Shown here one piece after another: positions 1 through 8,266 of a stretch of 32,000 nt of DNA. A program made the position numbers and the translations under genes. The notes beneath the pieces were generated by a model. It did not search any database, had not been told where the DNA came from, and was given only the letters and a program-made list of their open reading frames with translations. How positions within the stretch are numbered: position 1 is the first letter of the stretch; each line of letters opens with the position of its first letter. The stretch comes from an uncultured Erysipelotrichaceae bacterium. Lineage in GTDB: Bacteria > Bacillota_I > Bacilli_A > Erysipelotrichales > Erysipelotrichaceae. Location: contig CAYNZZ010000012.1 in assembly GCA_964401865.1 (NCBI GenBank), positions 1,931 through 33,930 on the forward strand, given 5' to 3'.

Positions 1-46
1 CTATTCCAATCAAAGAAGCAATCTTTAATCCTTTATTTTTCACAGT

Positions 47-2629
47 TTATTTCAACTCCTCTAATTTCTTCATCACAATTTCAAATGAATTCTTATTATT
101 TTCAAGCTTATTTTTTTCTTCTTGGATTTTCATCTCAGGAGCCTTGTTTAAAAAAGATTCATTAGACAAGATAGATTCTCCACGTTTAATTTCTTTTTGA
201 TAGAAATCTAATTGTTTTTTCAACTTAACAATCTCTTTTTCTTTATCAACTATTTCATCCAATTCAAAAATAATCTTTCCATCGGTTATTGGTCTTACCA
301 ATGTTTCGCCATTTATTTCATCAACCACAATTAATTTACACATCTTAAACAAGATAGCATTTAAAGATTCGTTCATTACAATTGAAGATTCGATTTTTAC
401 TTTTAACTCTTTAGATGGTTTAATATCATTATCACTACGTAATTCTCTTGATGAAAAGATGATTTCATTCAAAATATCAATTTGTTTAACTTTTTCCTCA
501 TCAATATCTTGACATAAACTCGGCCACTGAGCAATTGTTACCGAATGATTTTCATCATATAATTGTTGATAAATTTCTTCAGTTACAAACGGAATAAATG
601 GATGTGAAATGATTAAAATCTTCTCTAATACATATAACAAAACAGATAATGTATGATTTTTAACCTTTATATCATCACTATTCAATGCAGATTTAGAGTA
701 TTCGATAAACGAAGAACAGAAATCATTCCATACAAAATTAATTAATTCATTACCAGCGATACCAAATTCATAACGATCCAAATTTAATGTAACTTGATTA
801 ATTGTTCGATTTAGTTTAGAAATAATCCAATGGTCAGTTTCATCGATTAGTATATTTTCATCTCTAACAAAATTTTCATCAACATTCATCAGACAATATC
901 TAGAAGCATTCCATAATTTATTAATAAAGTTCCAAGCCGATTCAACCTTAACCGTTGAGAAATTCATATCTAAACCAGGTGTTGAATTTGTAAGTAAATG
1001 AAGTCTTAAAGAATCACAACCGTACTTATTGATAATCTCAATAGGATCAATACCATTCCCCAATGATTTTGACATCTTACGACCTTGTTCGTCACGTACT
1101 ATTCCATGCAATAAGCAATCTTTAAACGGTACATCGTTCATAAAATGGCGAGCACTAAACGCCATTCTTGCGACCCAAAAAAATAAGATATCCGAACCGG
1201 TTACCATGCAAGATGTAGGGAAATATCTAGTTAAATCTTCAGTCTTTTCAGGCCATCCCAAAGTTGAGAAAGGCCATAAGGCGCTTGAGAACCAAGTATC
1301 TAGCACATCTTCATCCTGTACGTAATTTTCTATATCTTTAGGCGCTTCTTCTTCACAATATATTTCGCCAGTTTTTTTATGATACCATACCGGAATTCTA
1401 TGTCCCCACCATAATTGGCGAGAAATACACCAATCTTCAATATTTTCTAACCATTGTTCAAAAGTCTTCTCAAAACGTTTCGGATAAAAATTGATTTTTG
1501 TTTTTTCGCTCTTTTGATTTTCCAACACTGCTTCAGCTAACGGTTTCATCTTTACAAACCATTGTTCAGACAAATAAGGTTCTACCATGCAATGCGTTCT
1601 TTCGGAATGACCAACATTATGTACTATATCTTCAATCTTTTCTAAATGACCTTCATTCTTGATTTTTTCAACCAATTTATCGCGACATTCAAAACGATCC
1701 ATACCAGCAAATTCAAGGCATAACTCATTCATTGTTCCATCTTCATTCATACAGATAGGCATCTGTAAATTATGTCTGATTGCTATCTGATAGTCATTAG
1801 GATCGTGAGCCGGAGTACATTTCATCGCACCGGTACCGAAACCTATTTCGATATAATTATCGCCAATAATAGGTAAAATATCACCATTGGCAGGATTAAT
1901 GCATTTTTTACCAATTAAATGATTAAGTTTATCATCTTTTGGATGCACCACAACGCAAACATCACCAAACATTGTTTCAGGTCGAGTAGTAGCTACTGTA
2001 AATATTTCATCACTGTCAACAACATTGTAATTAAAATAATACATTTTACCCTTTACTTCTTGATGTATTACTTCAACATTACTCAATGCAGTTTTTGCAA
2101 CCGGATCCCAATTAGTGATTCTTTTGCCCTTATAAATTAATCCCTCTTTATAATAAGTTACAAAAACCTTATTGACAGCTTTAGATAATCCTTCATCTAA
2201 AGTAAAACGTTCTTTTCGATAATCAACCGAAATTCCCAAAGCCTTCCATTGTTCGTGAATGAAATTAGCATATTCTTCTTTCCATGACCAAGCTTTTTCT
2301 AAAAACTTTTCTCTTCCGATATCATATCTAGATATACCTTGTTTGCGAAGTCTTTCATCAATTTTAGCCTGCGTAGCAATACCTGCATGATCCATTCCTG
2401 GAATCCACAATACATCTTCACCCTTTAGACGATGATATCTAGCTAAAATATCTTGCATCGTGTTATCTAGTGCGTGTCCGATATGAAGTTTACCCGTTAC
2501 ATTTGGCGGTGGAATAACGATACAGTATGGACTTTTAGATAAATCACCTGATTCAAAATATCCTTCTTTAATCCATTTGTCGTATTTACCACTCTCAACT
2601 TCTAAATTATTATATTTATTACTTAACAC
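47..2629 (-). CDS. valS: valine--tRNA ligase
   Basis: 860-aa ORF with class I aaRS HIGH-type motif (PNVTGKLHIGHAL) and KMSKS motif (GRKMSKSLGN), plus a C-terminal coiled-coil tail. GTG start follows GGAGGGAG. A T-box leader lies directly upstream. Confidence 0.97.
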   Translation of the reverse strand: MLSNKYNNLEVESGKYDKWIKEGYFESGDLSKSPYCIVIPPPNVTGKLHIGHALDNTMQDILARYHRLKGEDVLWIPGMDHAGIATQAKIDERLRKQGISRYDIGREKFLEKAWSWKEEYANFIHEQWKALGISVDYRKERFTLDEGLSKAVNKVFVTYYKEGLIYKGKRITNWDPVAKTALSNVEVIHQEVKGKMYYFNYNVVDSDEIFTVATTRPETMFGDVCVVVHPKDDKLNHLIGKKCINPANGDILPIIGDNYIEIGFGTGAMKCTPAHDPNDYQIAIRHNLQMPICMNEDGTMNELCLEFAGMDRFECRDKLVEKIKNEGHLEKIEDIVHNVGHSERTHCMVEPYLSEQWFVKMKPLAEAVLENQKSEKTKINFYPKRFEKTFEQWLENIEDWCISRQLWWGHRIPVWYHKKTGEIYCEEEAPKDIENYVQDEDVLDTWFSSALWPFSTLGWPEKTEDLTRYFPTSCMVTGSDILFFWVARMAFSARHFMNDVPFKDCLLHGIVRDEQGRKMSKSLGNGIDPIEIINKYGCDSLRLHLLTNSTPGLDMNFSTVKVESAWNFINKLWNASRYCLMNVDENFVRDENILIDETDHWIISKLNRTINQVTLNLDRYEFGIAGNELINFVWNDFCSSFIEYSKSALNSDDIKVKNHTLSVLLYVLEKILIISHPFIPFVTEEIYQQLYDENHSVTIAQWPSLCQDIDEEKVKQIDILNEIIFSSRELRSDNDIKPSKELKVKIESSIVMNESLNAILFKMCKLIVVDEINGETLVRPITDGKIIFELDEIVDKEKEIVKLKKQLDFYQKEIKRGESILSNESFLNKAPEMKIQEEKNKLENNKNSFEIVMKKLEELK

Positions 2630-2644
2630 AAAACTCCCTCCTTA

Positions 2645-2865
2645 AAAAATAAAAAGCGTCCCAAAGGACGCTTGCATGCGTGTTACCACCTTATTTCGCA
2701 GTTAAATAACTACCTCAAACCCTTAACGCGGATAACGAACAAACCTACTAAAATTCAATTTATTAACTCCAAGACTACTTTTCTTCTTCGATGCGTGTCT
2801 TTTTCACCTATCAAGACATCTCTTATGTCACTCTAAGAATACTTCCTTCTCTTCAAAGTCTATAA
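2645..2865 (-). promoter_or_regulatory. T-box riboswitch leader (tRNA-Val responsive) including its intrinsic terminator
   Basis: Minus strand reads AAUAAGGUGGUAACACG (T-box sequence, 2679-2695). It is followed by terminator hairpin AGCGUCC-UUUG-GGACGCU (2655-2672) and a U-run, then the valS RBS. Upstream are a GGUGAAA-type Stem I distal loop, an F-box-like CCGCGUUA, and a candidate specifier GUA (Val) at 2776-2778 in GAAAAGUAG. Confidence 0.85.
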
Positions 2866-2869
2866 AGAT

Positions 2870-2897
2870 ATTATAATTGAATGATTTAAAAAATCAA
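2870..2897 (-). promoter_or_regulatory. putative sigmaA-type promoter for the valS leader
   Basis: Minus strand TTGATT (2897-2892), 16-nt spacer, TATAAT (2875-2870). Confidence 0.45.
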
Positions 2898-3187
2898 GCC
2901 GTAATATCTTCGCCATCCTGTTTATCATACTCTTTGTCACAATAAGGGCATGTATTATTGTTCATCAACAAAGTAACAGATGGAATCGGTTTATTACAAT
3001 GAGGGCATCTTGTTAAAACGAATGTCGATGCTAAACTCAAAACAATAAGTATAGCAATAATAACTACTGTAACCACCAACAAATCATTTTTGATGATAAA
3101 ATCAGCCATTATCATACATGCGAACATAAATATAACTGGTAGCGCAGTTAACAATAAAGAAATGTTTCTTTTACTTTTAAAACTCAC
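2894..3187 (-). CDS. small membrane protein with C-terminal zinc-ribbon (unknown function)
   Basis: The ORF track gives 2894-3259, but that N-terminus overlaps engB. A GTG at 3187 lies 6 nt after AAGGAG and 1 nt after the engB TGA stop, giving 97 aa. The protein has two hydrophobic helices, then CPHC-x17-CPYC and an acidic tail. Confidence 0.55.
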   Translation of the reverse strand: MSFKSKRNISLLLTALPVIFMFACMIMADFIIKNDLLVVTVVIIAILIVLSLASTFVLTRCPHCNKPIPSVTLLMNNNTCPYCDKEYDKQDGEDITA

Positions 3188-3188
3188 T

Positions 3189-3761
3189 TCATTCTCCTTG
3201 TAGCAAGATATTTTCAATAATTGTTCGAGTATCCTGCATATTTTCTTTTTTAAGGGCACTCACTCTGATAATGCTTTTTTTAGGTACATCGAGTGTTGAA
3301 CTAATTAAATCAATAGATTTTAACGATTGAGAATATGATAATTTATCACTTTTATTAGCGATTATTAAAACTTTTTTATGACATTCTCTTAAAAAATCTA
3401 TCATTTCTATATCATCTTTAGTCGGCTTATGTCGAATATCAACTATCATTACAACTAAATCTAGATGTTGACGATTGGAAAAATAATTTTCCATCATATC
3501 ACCAAAATCAATGAGTTCTCTTTCGCTTCGATTGGCAAATCCATAACCCGGAACATCTACCGCCGTATATTTACTATCTACATCAAAGAAATTAATTAAT
3601 CTTGTCTTACCAGCTGTCTTGCCAATCTTAGCTATATTTTGATTATAAAGAGCGTTAATAAAGCTAGATTTTCCTACATTACTACGCCCCACAAATACTA
3701 CTTCATGTTCAGTCGAAGGCCAATCACTATCCAATTTTGAACTTTTTATAAATGTAACCAT
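3189..3761 (-). CDS. engB: ribosome biogenesis GTPase EngB/YsxC/YihA
   Basis: G1 GRSNVGKSS, G3 DVPGYG, G4 NKSD. The ATG at 3761 overlaps the lon TGA stop (TGATG); the ORF-track TTG at 3764 is less likely. The lon-engB order is typical of Firmicutes. Confidence 0.93.
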   Translation of the reverse strand: MVTFIKSSKLDSDWPSTEHEVVFVGRSNVGKSSFINALYNQNIAKIGKTAGKTRLINFFDVDSKYTAVDVPGYGFANRSERELIDFGDMMENYFSNRQHLDLVVMIVDIRHKPTKDDIEMIDFLRECHKKVLIIANKSDKLSYSQSLKSIDLISSTLDVPKKSIIRVSALKKENMQDTRTIIENILLQGE

Positions 3762-6067
3762 CAACCTATGAACGCCTCTTTAATTACTTGGTCAATTCTT
3801 TCAACCGGAATGAATTTAATATCATTTTTAACTGTATCTGGAACGTCATCCAAATCTTTAATATTTCCTTTAGGAAAAACAATGGTGTCAATTCCTGAAC
3901 GATGAGCAGCTAAAGATTTTTCTTTTAAACCACCAATCGGTAGCACATTACCCCTTAAAGTAACTTCGCCGGTCATTGCTAAATCTGACCTTACTTTAGT
4001 CTTAGTTATAGCACTTACTAAAGCGGTTGTGAGCGTAACACCTGCGGATGGTCCATCCTTTGGAACAGCTCCTTCTGGAACATGAATATGAATATCATGT
4101 GTTTCAAAGAAATCATTTTCAATTTTATATTTGTCAGCGTTAGCCTTAACATAGTCAAGTGCAATTTTAGCAGATTCCTGCATTACATCTCCTAATTGAC
4201 CGGTGACAATCAAGTTACCCTTTCCTTTGAAATAATTAACTTCAACCGGAAGAATATCGCCACCAAACGACGTATAGGCAAGTCCAGTAACTACACCGAT
4301 CTGATCGTTTTTCTCTTTAGCACCATAATCATAAAACTCATGGCCTAACCATTCATTAATCTTCTTTTTTGAAACTTTAATGGTCTTCTTTTCATCTTTC
4401 AGAATGCTGAGAACCGATTTGCGACATAACGAACCGATTACTCTTTCTAGTTGTCTAACACCAGCTTCTCTTGTATAGTGTCTAATTAAGTATAAAATTA
4501 ATTCATTAGATAAATTAAATTGTGACGATTTTAAACCATTGATCTCTAATTGTTTAGGAATCAGGTGTTTAATAGCAATCTGTTCTTTTTCAATTTCAGT
4601 GTAAGAACTCAAATTAATGATTTCTAGACGGTCTTTTAAGGCAGATGGTATATTATCAATGTAATTAGCAGTAGCAATAAATAGAACATTCGATAAATCG
4701 TAAGGCTCTTCAATATAGTGGTCTGAGAAGGCAAAATTCTGTTCAGGATCCAACACTTCTAGCATTGCGCTTGATGGATCGCCTTTATAATCGGAAGCCA
4801 TTTTGTCTATCTCATCAATTAAGAAAACAGGATTTAGTACACCGGCTTTTTTCATTCCTTGAATGATTCTACCTGGCATTGAACCAATATATGTTCTTCT
4901 ATGGCCTCTAATTTCTGCTTCGTCTTTAACACCACCTAATGATATTTTAACGAATTTGCGATCTAGAGCACGAGCTACCGATCTAGCCAAAGAAGTTTTA
5001 CCAACTCCTGGAGGACCTACAAGACAAATAATTGGACTCTTTAGACTATTAGTCATCTGTTTAACAGCCAAATATTCCAAAATACGTTCCTTTACCTTTT
5101 CAAGACCATAGTGATCTTCATCAAGTATTCTGGAAGCTAATTTTAAATCATCGTTATCATCAGACTTCTGATACCAAGGAATTTGTAGCAGCCATTCCAA
5201 GTAAGACCTAATCACTACAGCTTCACTAGAACTACTTGGCATCATATCATAGCGTTTAAATTCATCTAAAGCCTTTTCTTTAATATTTTCAGGATATGGT
5301 TCGCTCATTACTTTTTCTTTAAGGTCATCCATATCTCCAGATGAAGGCGCTTCATTTAATTCTTCTTTAATCGCCTTAATTTTTTCTCTTAAATAGTATT
5401 CTTTTTGACTATCTTCAATACGTTCTTTAATAACTGAGTTAATATGCTCTTCGATTTTTGCTACTTCTTTTTCTTTATATATCAATTCAAGAACTAACAT
5501 TAACCTTTCGCTTAAACTATTTTCTTCAAGAATTCTTTGCTTATCATATATATTCAAGACCATATATTGTCCAAATGAATAAACTAATTCATCAGATGAA
5601 AGCCCTGATTTTAATAAATCAATAATCTTAAATAAATTAGGATTGTTATTTAAGCTTTTCATCATCGAGATTTCATTGACGACTCTTTTTGTCAAAATCT
5701 CGACATTTGTCGCATCAACTTCAACATCTTCAATCTCTTCAACTTCAACAAAGTTTACACCATCTTTTTCTATATGGCGAATAATTTTAGCAACCTTTTT
5801 GCCTTCAAAAACAACACGATAGTGGTTTTCTTCTTTACGACGGAAATTCTTAATTATGCTCAAAGTACCATATTCAAAAATATCTTCGGCATCAGGTTTT
5901 TCTACACTAATATCTTTTTGCGAAACAATGAAAATCATTGAATCATCACGGCTAGCTTGTTCAACTGCATCAATACTAGGTTTACGTCCAACCTCGACAC
6001 TTAAATCTTGATTGGGAAAAATAACAGCTCCCCTAGTACATAATAATGGAACGATTTTTGTGTTCAT
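3761..6067 (-). CDS. lon: ATP-dependent Lon protease (LonA)
   Basis: N-terminal LON substrate domain, AAA+ Walker A GPPGVGKTS, and protease domain with PKDGPSAG catalytic Ser and a GGLKEK Lys. The ATG at 6067 is 8 nt after GGAGG, so the ORF-track TTG at 6073 is rejected. Confidence 0.96.
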   Translation of the reverse strand: MNTKIVPLLCTRGAVIFPNQDLSVEVGRKPSIDAVEQASRDDSMIFIVSQKDISVEKPDAEDIFEYGTLSIIKNFRRKEENHYRVVFEGKKVAKIIRHIEKDGVNFVEVEEIEDVEVDATNVEILTKRVVNEISMMKSLNNNPNLFKIIDLLKSGLSSDELVYSFGQYMVLNIYDKQRILEENSLSERLMLVLELIYKEKEVAKIEEHINSVIKERIEDSQKEYYLREKIKAIKEELNEAPSSGDMDDLKEKVMSEPYPENIKEKALDEFKRYDMMPSSSSEAVVIRSYLEWLLQIPWYQKSDDNDDLKLASRILDEDHYGLEKVKERILEYLAVKQMTNSLKSPIICLVGPPGVGKTSLARSVARALDRKFVKISLGGVKDEAEIRGHRRTYIGSMPGRIIQGMKKAGVLNPVFLIDEIDKMASDYKGDPSSAMLEVLDPEQNFAFSDHYIEEPYDLSNVLFIATANYIDNIPSALKDRLEIINLSSYTEIEKEQIAIKHLIPKQLEINGLKSSQFNLSNELILYLIRHYTREAGVRQLERVIGSLCRKSVLSILKDEKKTIKVSKKKINEWLGHEFYDYGAKEKNDQIGVVTGLAYTSFGGDILPVEVNYFKGKGNLIVTGQLGDVMQESAKIALDYVKANADKYKIENDFFETHDIHIHVPEGAVPKDGPSAGVTLTTALVSAITKTKVRSDLAMTGEVTLRGNVLPIGGLKEKSLAAHRSGIDTIVFPKGNIKDLDDVPDTVKNDIKFIPVERIDQVIKEAFIG

Positions 6068-6092
6068 ATACAAAACCTCCTTAACAATTTAT

Positions 6093-6113
6093 AAAAGACG
6101 CAACGCGTCTTTT
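6093..6113 (-). terminator. hairpin plus U-run between tig and lon
   Basis: Minus strand AAAAGACGC-GUU-GCGUCUUUU followed by AUAAAUU. It sits about 25 nt before the lon ATG. Confidence 0.5.
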
Positions 6114-6116
6114 AGA

Positions 6117-7382
6117 TTAAATGCCTTTAATAATGTCTAAAGCTTTACGCAATCTAACATCATGACGAGCTTGTTCAAACGGAATGTACTTCTTCAATTC
6201 CTCGATTTCCATTTCGTATAGCTCAGACATCTTTTTAAATTCTTCTTCTACTTCAACATCACTTACTTCAACTTTCTCAGCATCAGCGATTGCTTCAAGA
6301 ACTAAAGTAAGCTTAACCTTTTTAGAAGCGTCAGCCTTTAATGTATCTCTAAATTCATCACGTGTCTGTTTAGCGAATGTCAAATATTGATCAAGAGTCA
6401 AACCTTGTCCCATAAGTCTTTGTTCATAATTTCTAACCATATCATCAATTTCTTGATTAACCATTACTTCTGGAACATTAACAGTTGCATTATCTGATAC
6501 CTTATTCAACACTTCATCAGTAGCCTTATTAATTAGTTCGTTCTCTTTGTGATCGTAATGAGCTTTGCGAATATATTCTTTTAATTCGTCTAATGTCTTA
6601 ACATCTTTAAGTTTTAAATCAGCAATAAATTCTTCATCTATTTCAGGTAAAACCTTAAATTTGATTTCATGAACTTTAACTTTAAATACAACTGGTTGTC
6701 CTTTTAAATCATCGACATGATAGTTTTCTGGAAATGTAACATTAATTTCTTTTTCTTCTTCTGATTTCATACCAATTAATTGTTCTTCAAAACCCGGAAT
6801 GAACGAACCAGAGCCAATAACTAAATCATAATTTTCAGCTTTGCCACCGTCAAATGCAACACCATCTTTAAATCCTTCAAAATCAATTACAACAGTATCA
6901 CCATTTTCAACTGTGCCTTCTTCTTTAATTTCTAAATCAGCTTTTTGATCTTGAAGAAGTTTTAATTCTTCTTCTATCTCTTCGTCAGTGATAACGATTC
7001 CATCAATATGATATCCTAAATTCTTGTATTCGCCTAAAGAAACATCTGGTTTAACAGGACAAATAAATTTTAATGCACAAGTGTTTTCATCAACAGTATC
7101 AAATGCTAATTCAGGTCTGTCAATTAGTTCAACATTATGTTCTTTTACAGCATTGACCAAAGCATCTTGAGCTACCAATTCGACTGCTTCAAGAATAATT
7201 TGTTGTGCTGGCACATGCTGACGAATCATGTTCTTAGGAGCCTGTCCTTTTCTAAAACCTTTGATCTCAACTTTAGAAGCTAATTTATTAAATGATTTTT
7301 CTTGAGCTTGTTTCCAAACATCATCTTCAATAGTGACTTTTAATTCCACTTTTCCATCTTCAATTTTATTTAATTCAGCCAT
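6117..7382 (-). CDS. tig: trigger factor
   Basis: Ribosome-binding N-domain with the GFRKGQAP signature, a central FKBP-type PPIase (GDTVVIDFEGFKDGVAFDGG), and a helical C-domain. The ATG at 7382 is 9 nt after AAGGAG; the ORF-track TTG at 7403 lies inside the RBS region. Confidence 0.95.
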   Translation of the reverse strand: MAELNKIEDGKVELKVTIEDDVWKQAQEKSFNKLASKVEIKGFRKGQAPKNMIRQHVPAQQIILEAVELVAQDALVNAVKEHNVELIDRPELAFDTVDENTCALKFICPVKPDVSLGEYKNLGYHIDGIVITDEEIEEELKLLQDQKADLEIKEEGTVENGDTVVIDFEGFKDGVAFDGGKAENYDLVIGSGSFIPGFEEQLIGMKSEEEKEINVTFPENYHVDDLKGQPVVFKVKVHEIKFKVLPEIDEEFIADLKLKDVKTLDELKEYIRKAHYDHKENELINKATDEVLNKVSDNATVNVPEVMVNQEIDDMVRNYEQRLMGQGLTLDQYLTFAKQTRDEFRDTLKADASKKVKLTLVLEAIADAEKVEVSDVEVEEEFKKMSELYEMEIEELKKYIPFEQARHDVRLRKALDIIKGI

Positions 7383-7411
7383 TTTATTTTTCTCCTTTTT
7401 CAAGCTTTTGA

Positions 7412-7420
7412 ATTATATCA
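7412..7420 (-). promoter_or_regulatory. extended -10 promoter for tig
   Basis: Minus strand TGATATAAT (TGn + TATAAT), about 30 nt upstream of the tig ATG. Confidence 0.5.
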
Positions 7421-7474
7421 AAATATACAGTTTTTTACTAGACATATATATCGTTTTAGCACTAAATAAGCATC

Positions 7475-8170
7475 TTAATGCACAAAATTATTTTCATTTA
7501 TTATAGAATCGTGTAATGACTCTAAACCTTCTTTATCATCAAACAGTCTATACACATGTCTGATAATCATATAAGCCATATCTTCCGCTTCCTGCTCGTC
7601 AATATTAATTGGCAACGACTCATATGCCTTATTTGTAAATAATTGAACGGCCATTTTATAATAACTAGGATTTTTGAAAAGCTCTTTATCAAATATTTTC
7701 ATCGCCTTTAAATATCCGTCGCTTTCTTCGACTTTGATGATGTAATATGGAATAAATTTATAGTTCATTCCATCCTTGTTCATCTTTATTTCTTCCTTTA
7801 TCTCCTGATCGATAAGAGTGGATACTAACATCGTTTTAGCTTCATCATAACCATATTCGCTAAGCAAAAATTCTTCTATGACATCCAAATAATCACGCAC
7901 ATTTAAACGATCAAAATAATTAGCAGCAATAATCTGCTGTTGAAGATCTTTACTGTTTAAATAAGCGATGATCTCATCAATAGACAATTCTTTCTCCCTA
8001 GTCGGCGACAATTCATCAATCCTATCTAAAAATGTCAATAAAGTTTCTTCAACCGACATCGGCACATACGCCATAGTCAATTCATCATTAATTTTTTTAC
8101 GAGCTTCATCGTATTTTTTTTCTTCAATCAATTCTTTGATTGAACTAATTAATTCTTCATAAAAGTCCAT
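7475..8170 (-). CDS. acidic all-helical hypothetical protein (unknown function)
   Basis: Long ORF with ordinary composition (helix-rich by eye). The likely start is the ATG at 8170 (MDFYEE...), because the ORF-track TTG at 8185 lies within a TATAAT box. I could not identify any catalytic motif. Confidence 0.6.
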   Translation of the reverse strand: MDFYEELISSIKELIEEKKYDEARKKINDELTMAYVPMSVEETLLTFLDRIDELSPTREKELSIDEIIAYLNSKDLQQQIIAANYFDRLNVRDYLDVIEEFLLSEYGYDEAKTMLVSTLIDQEIKEEIKMNKDGMNYKFIPYYIIKVEESDGYLKAMKIFDKELFKNPSYYKMAVQLFTNKAYESLPINIDEQEAEDMAYMIIRHVYRLFDDKEGLESLHDSIINENNFVH

Positions 8171-8176
8171 AGTAAA

Positions 8177-8182
8177 ATTATA
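8177..8182 (-). promoter_or_regulatory. -10 box positioned for a leaderless transcript of the 7475-8170 gene
   Basis: Minus strand TATAAT, then 6 nt (TTTACT), then ATG. No Shine-Dalgarno. Confidence 0.4.
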
Positions 8183-8194
8183 CAATAAGTCAAA

Positions 8195-8263
8195 TAAAAA
8201 AGCGATTAAGACGCTTTAGTTGTATTGATAATCATAAAGTCTCCACAAGGAGGCTTTATGATT
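8195..8263 (-). terminator. tandem hairpins ending the hydrogenase operon
   Basis: A 15-bp stem (8230-8244 with 8249-8263, one mismatch on the minus strand) starts right after the hydA stop. It is followed by AAAGCG-UCUUAAU-CGCUUU plus UUUAUUU (8195-8217). Confidence 0.6.
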
Positions 8264-8266
8264 GAA

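Noticed and set aside
1-43. A possible start of a downstream minus-strand gene (GTG AAA AAT AAA GGA ...) 3 nt after the valS stop.
   Set aside because: Only 14 codons are visible, there is no clear RBS, and nothing can be identified. It is not reportable as a feature.
3188-3259. The N-terminal 24 codons of the 121-aa ORF-track call for the small zinc-ribbon protein. Similar TTG/GTG extensions occur at 3764, 6073, 7403, 8185, 23043 and 25024.
   Set aside because: These extensions overlap the upstream gene or lie inside RBS or -10 sequences. Downstream ATG or GTG codons with properly spaced Shine-Dalgarno sites, or leaderless geometry, are more plausible starts.
7456-7463. TTAGCACT, identical to the left half-site of the HrcA CIRCE operator, upstream of tig and lon.
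   Set aside because: The required inverted partner GAGTGCTAA 9 nt away is absent (the sequence there is CTTAATGCA). A single 8-mer half-site is compatible with chance.
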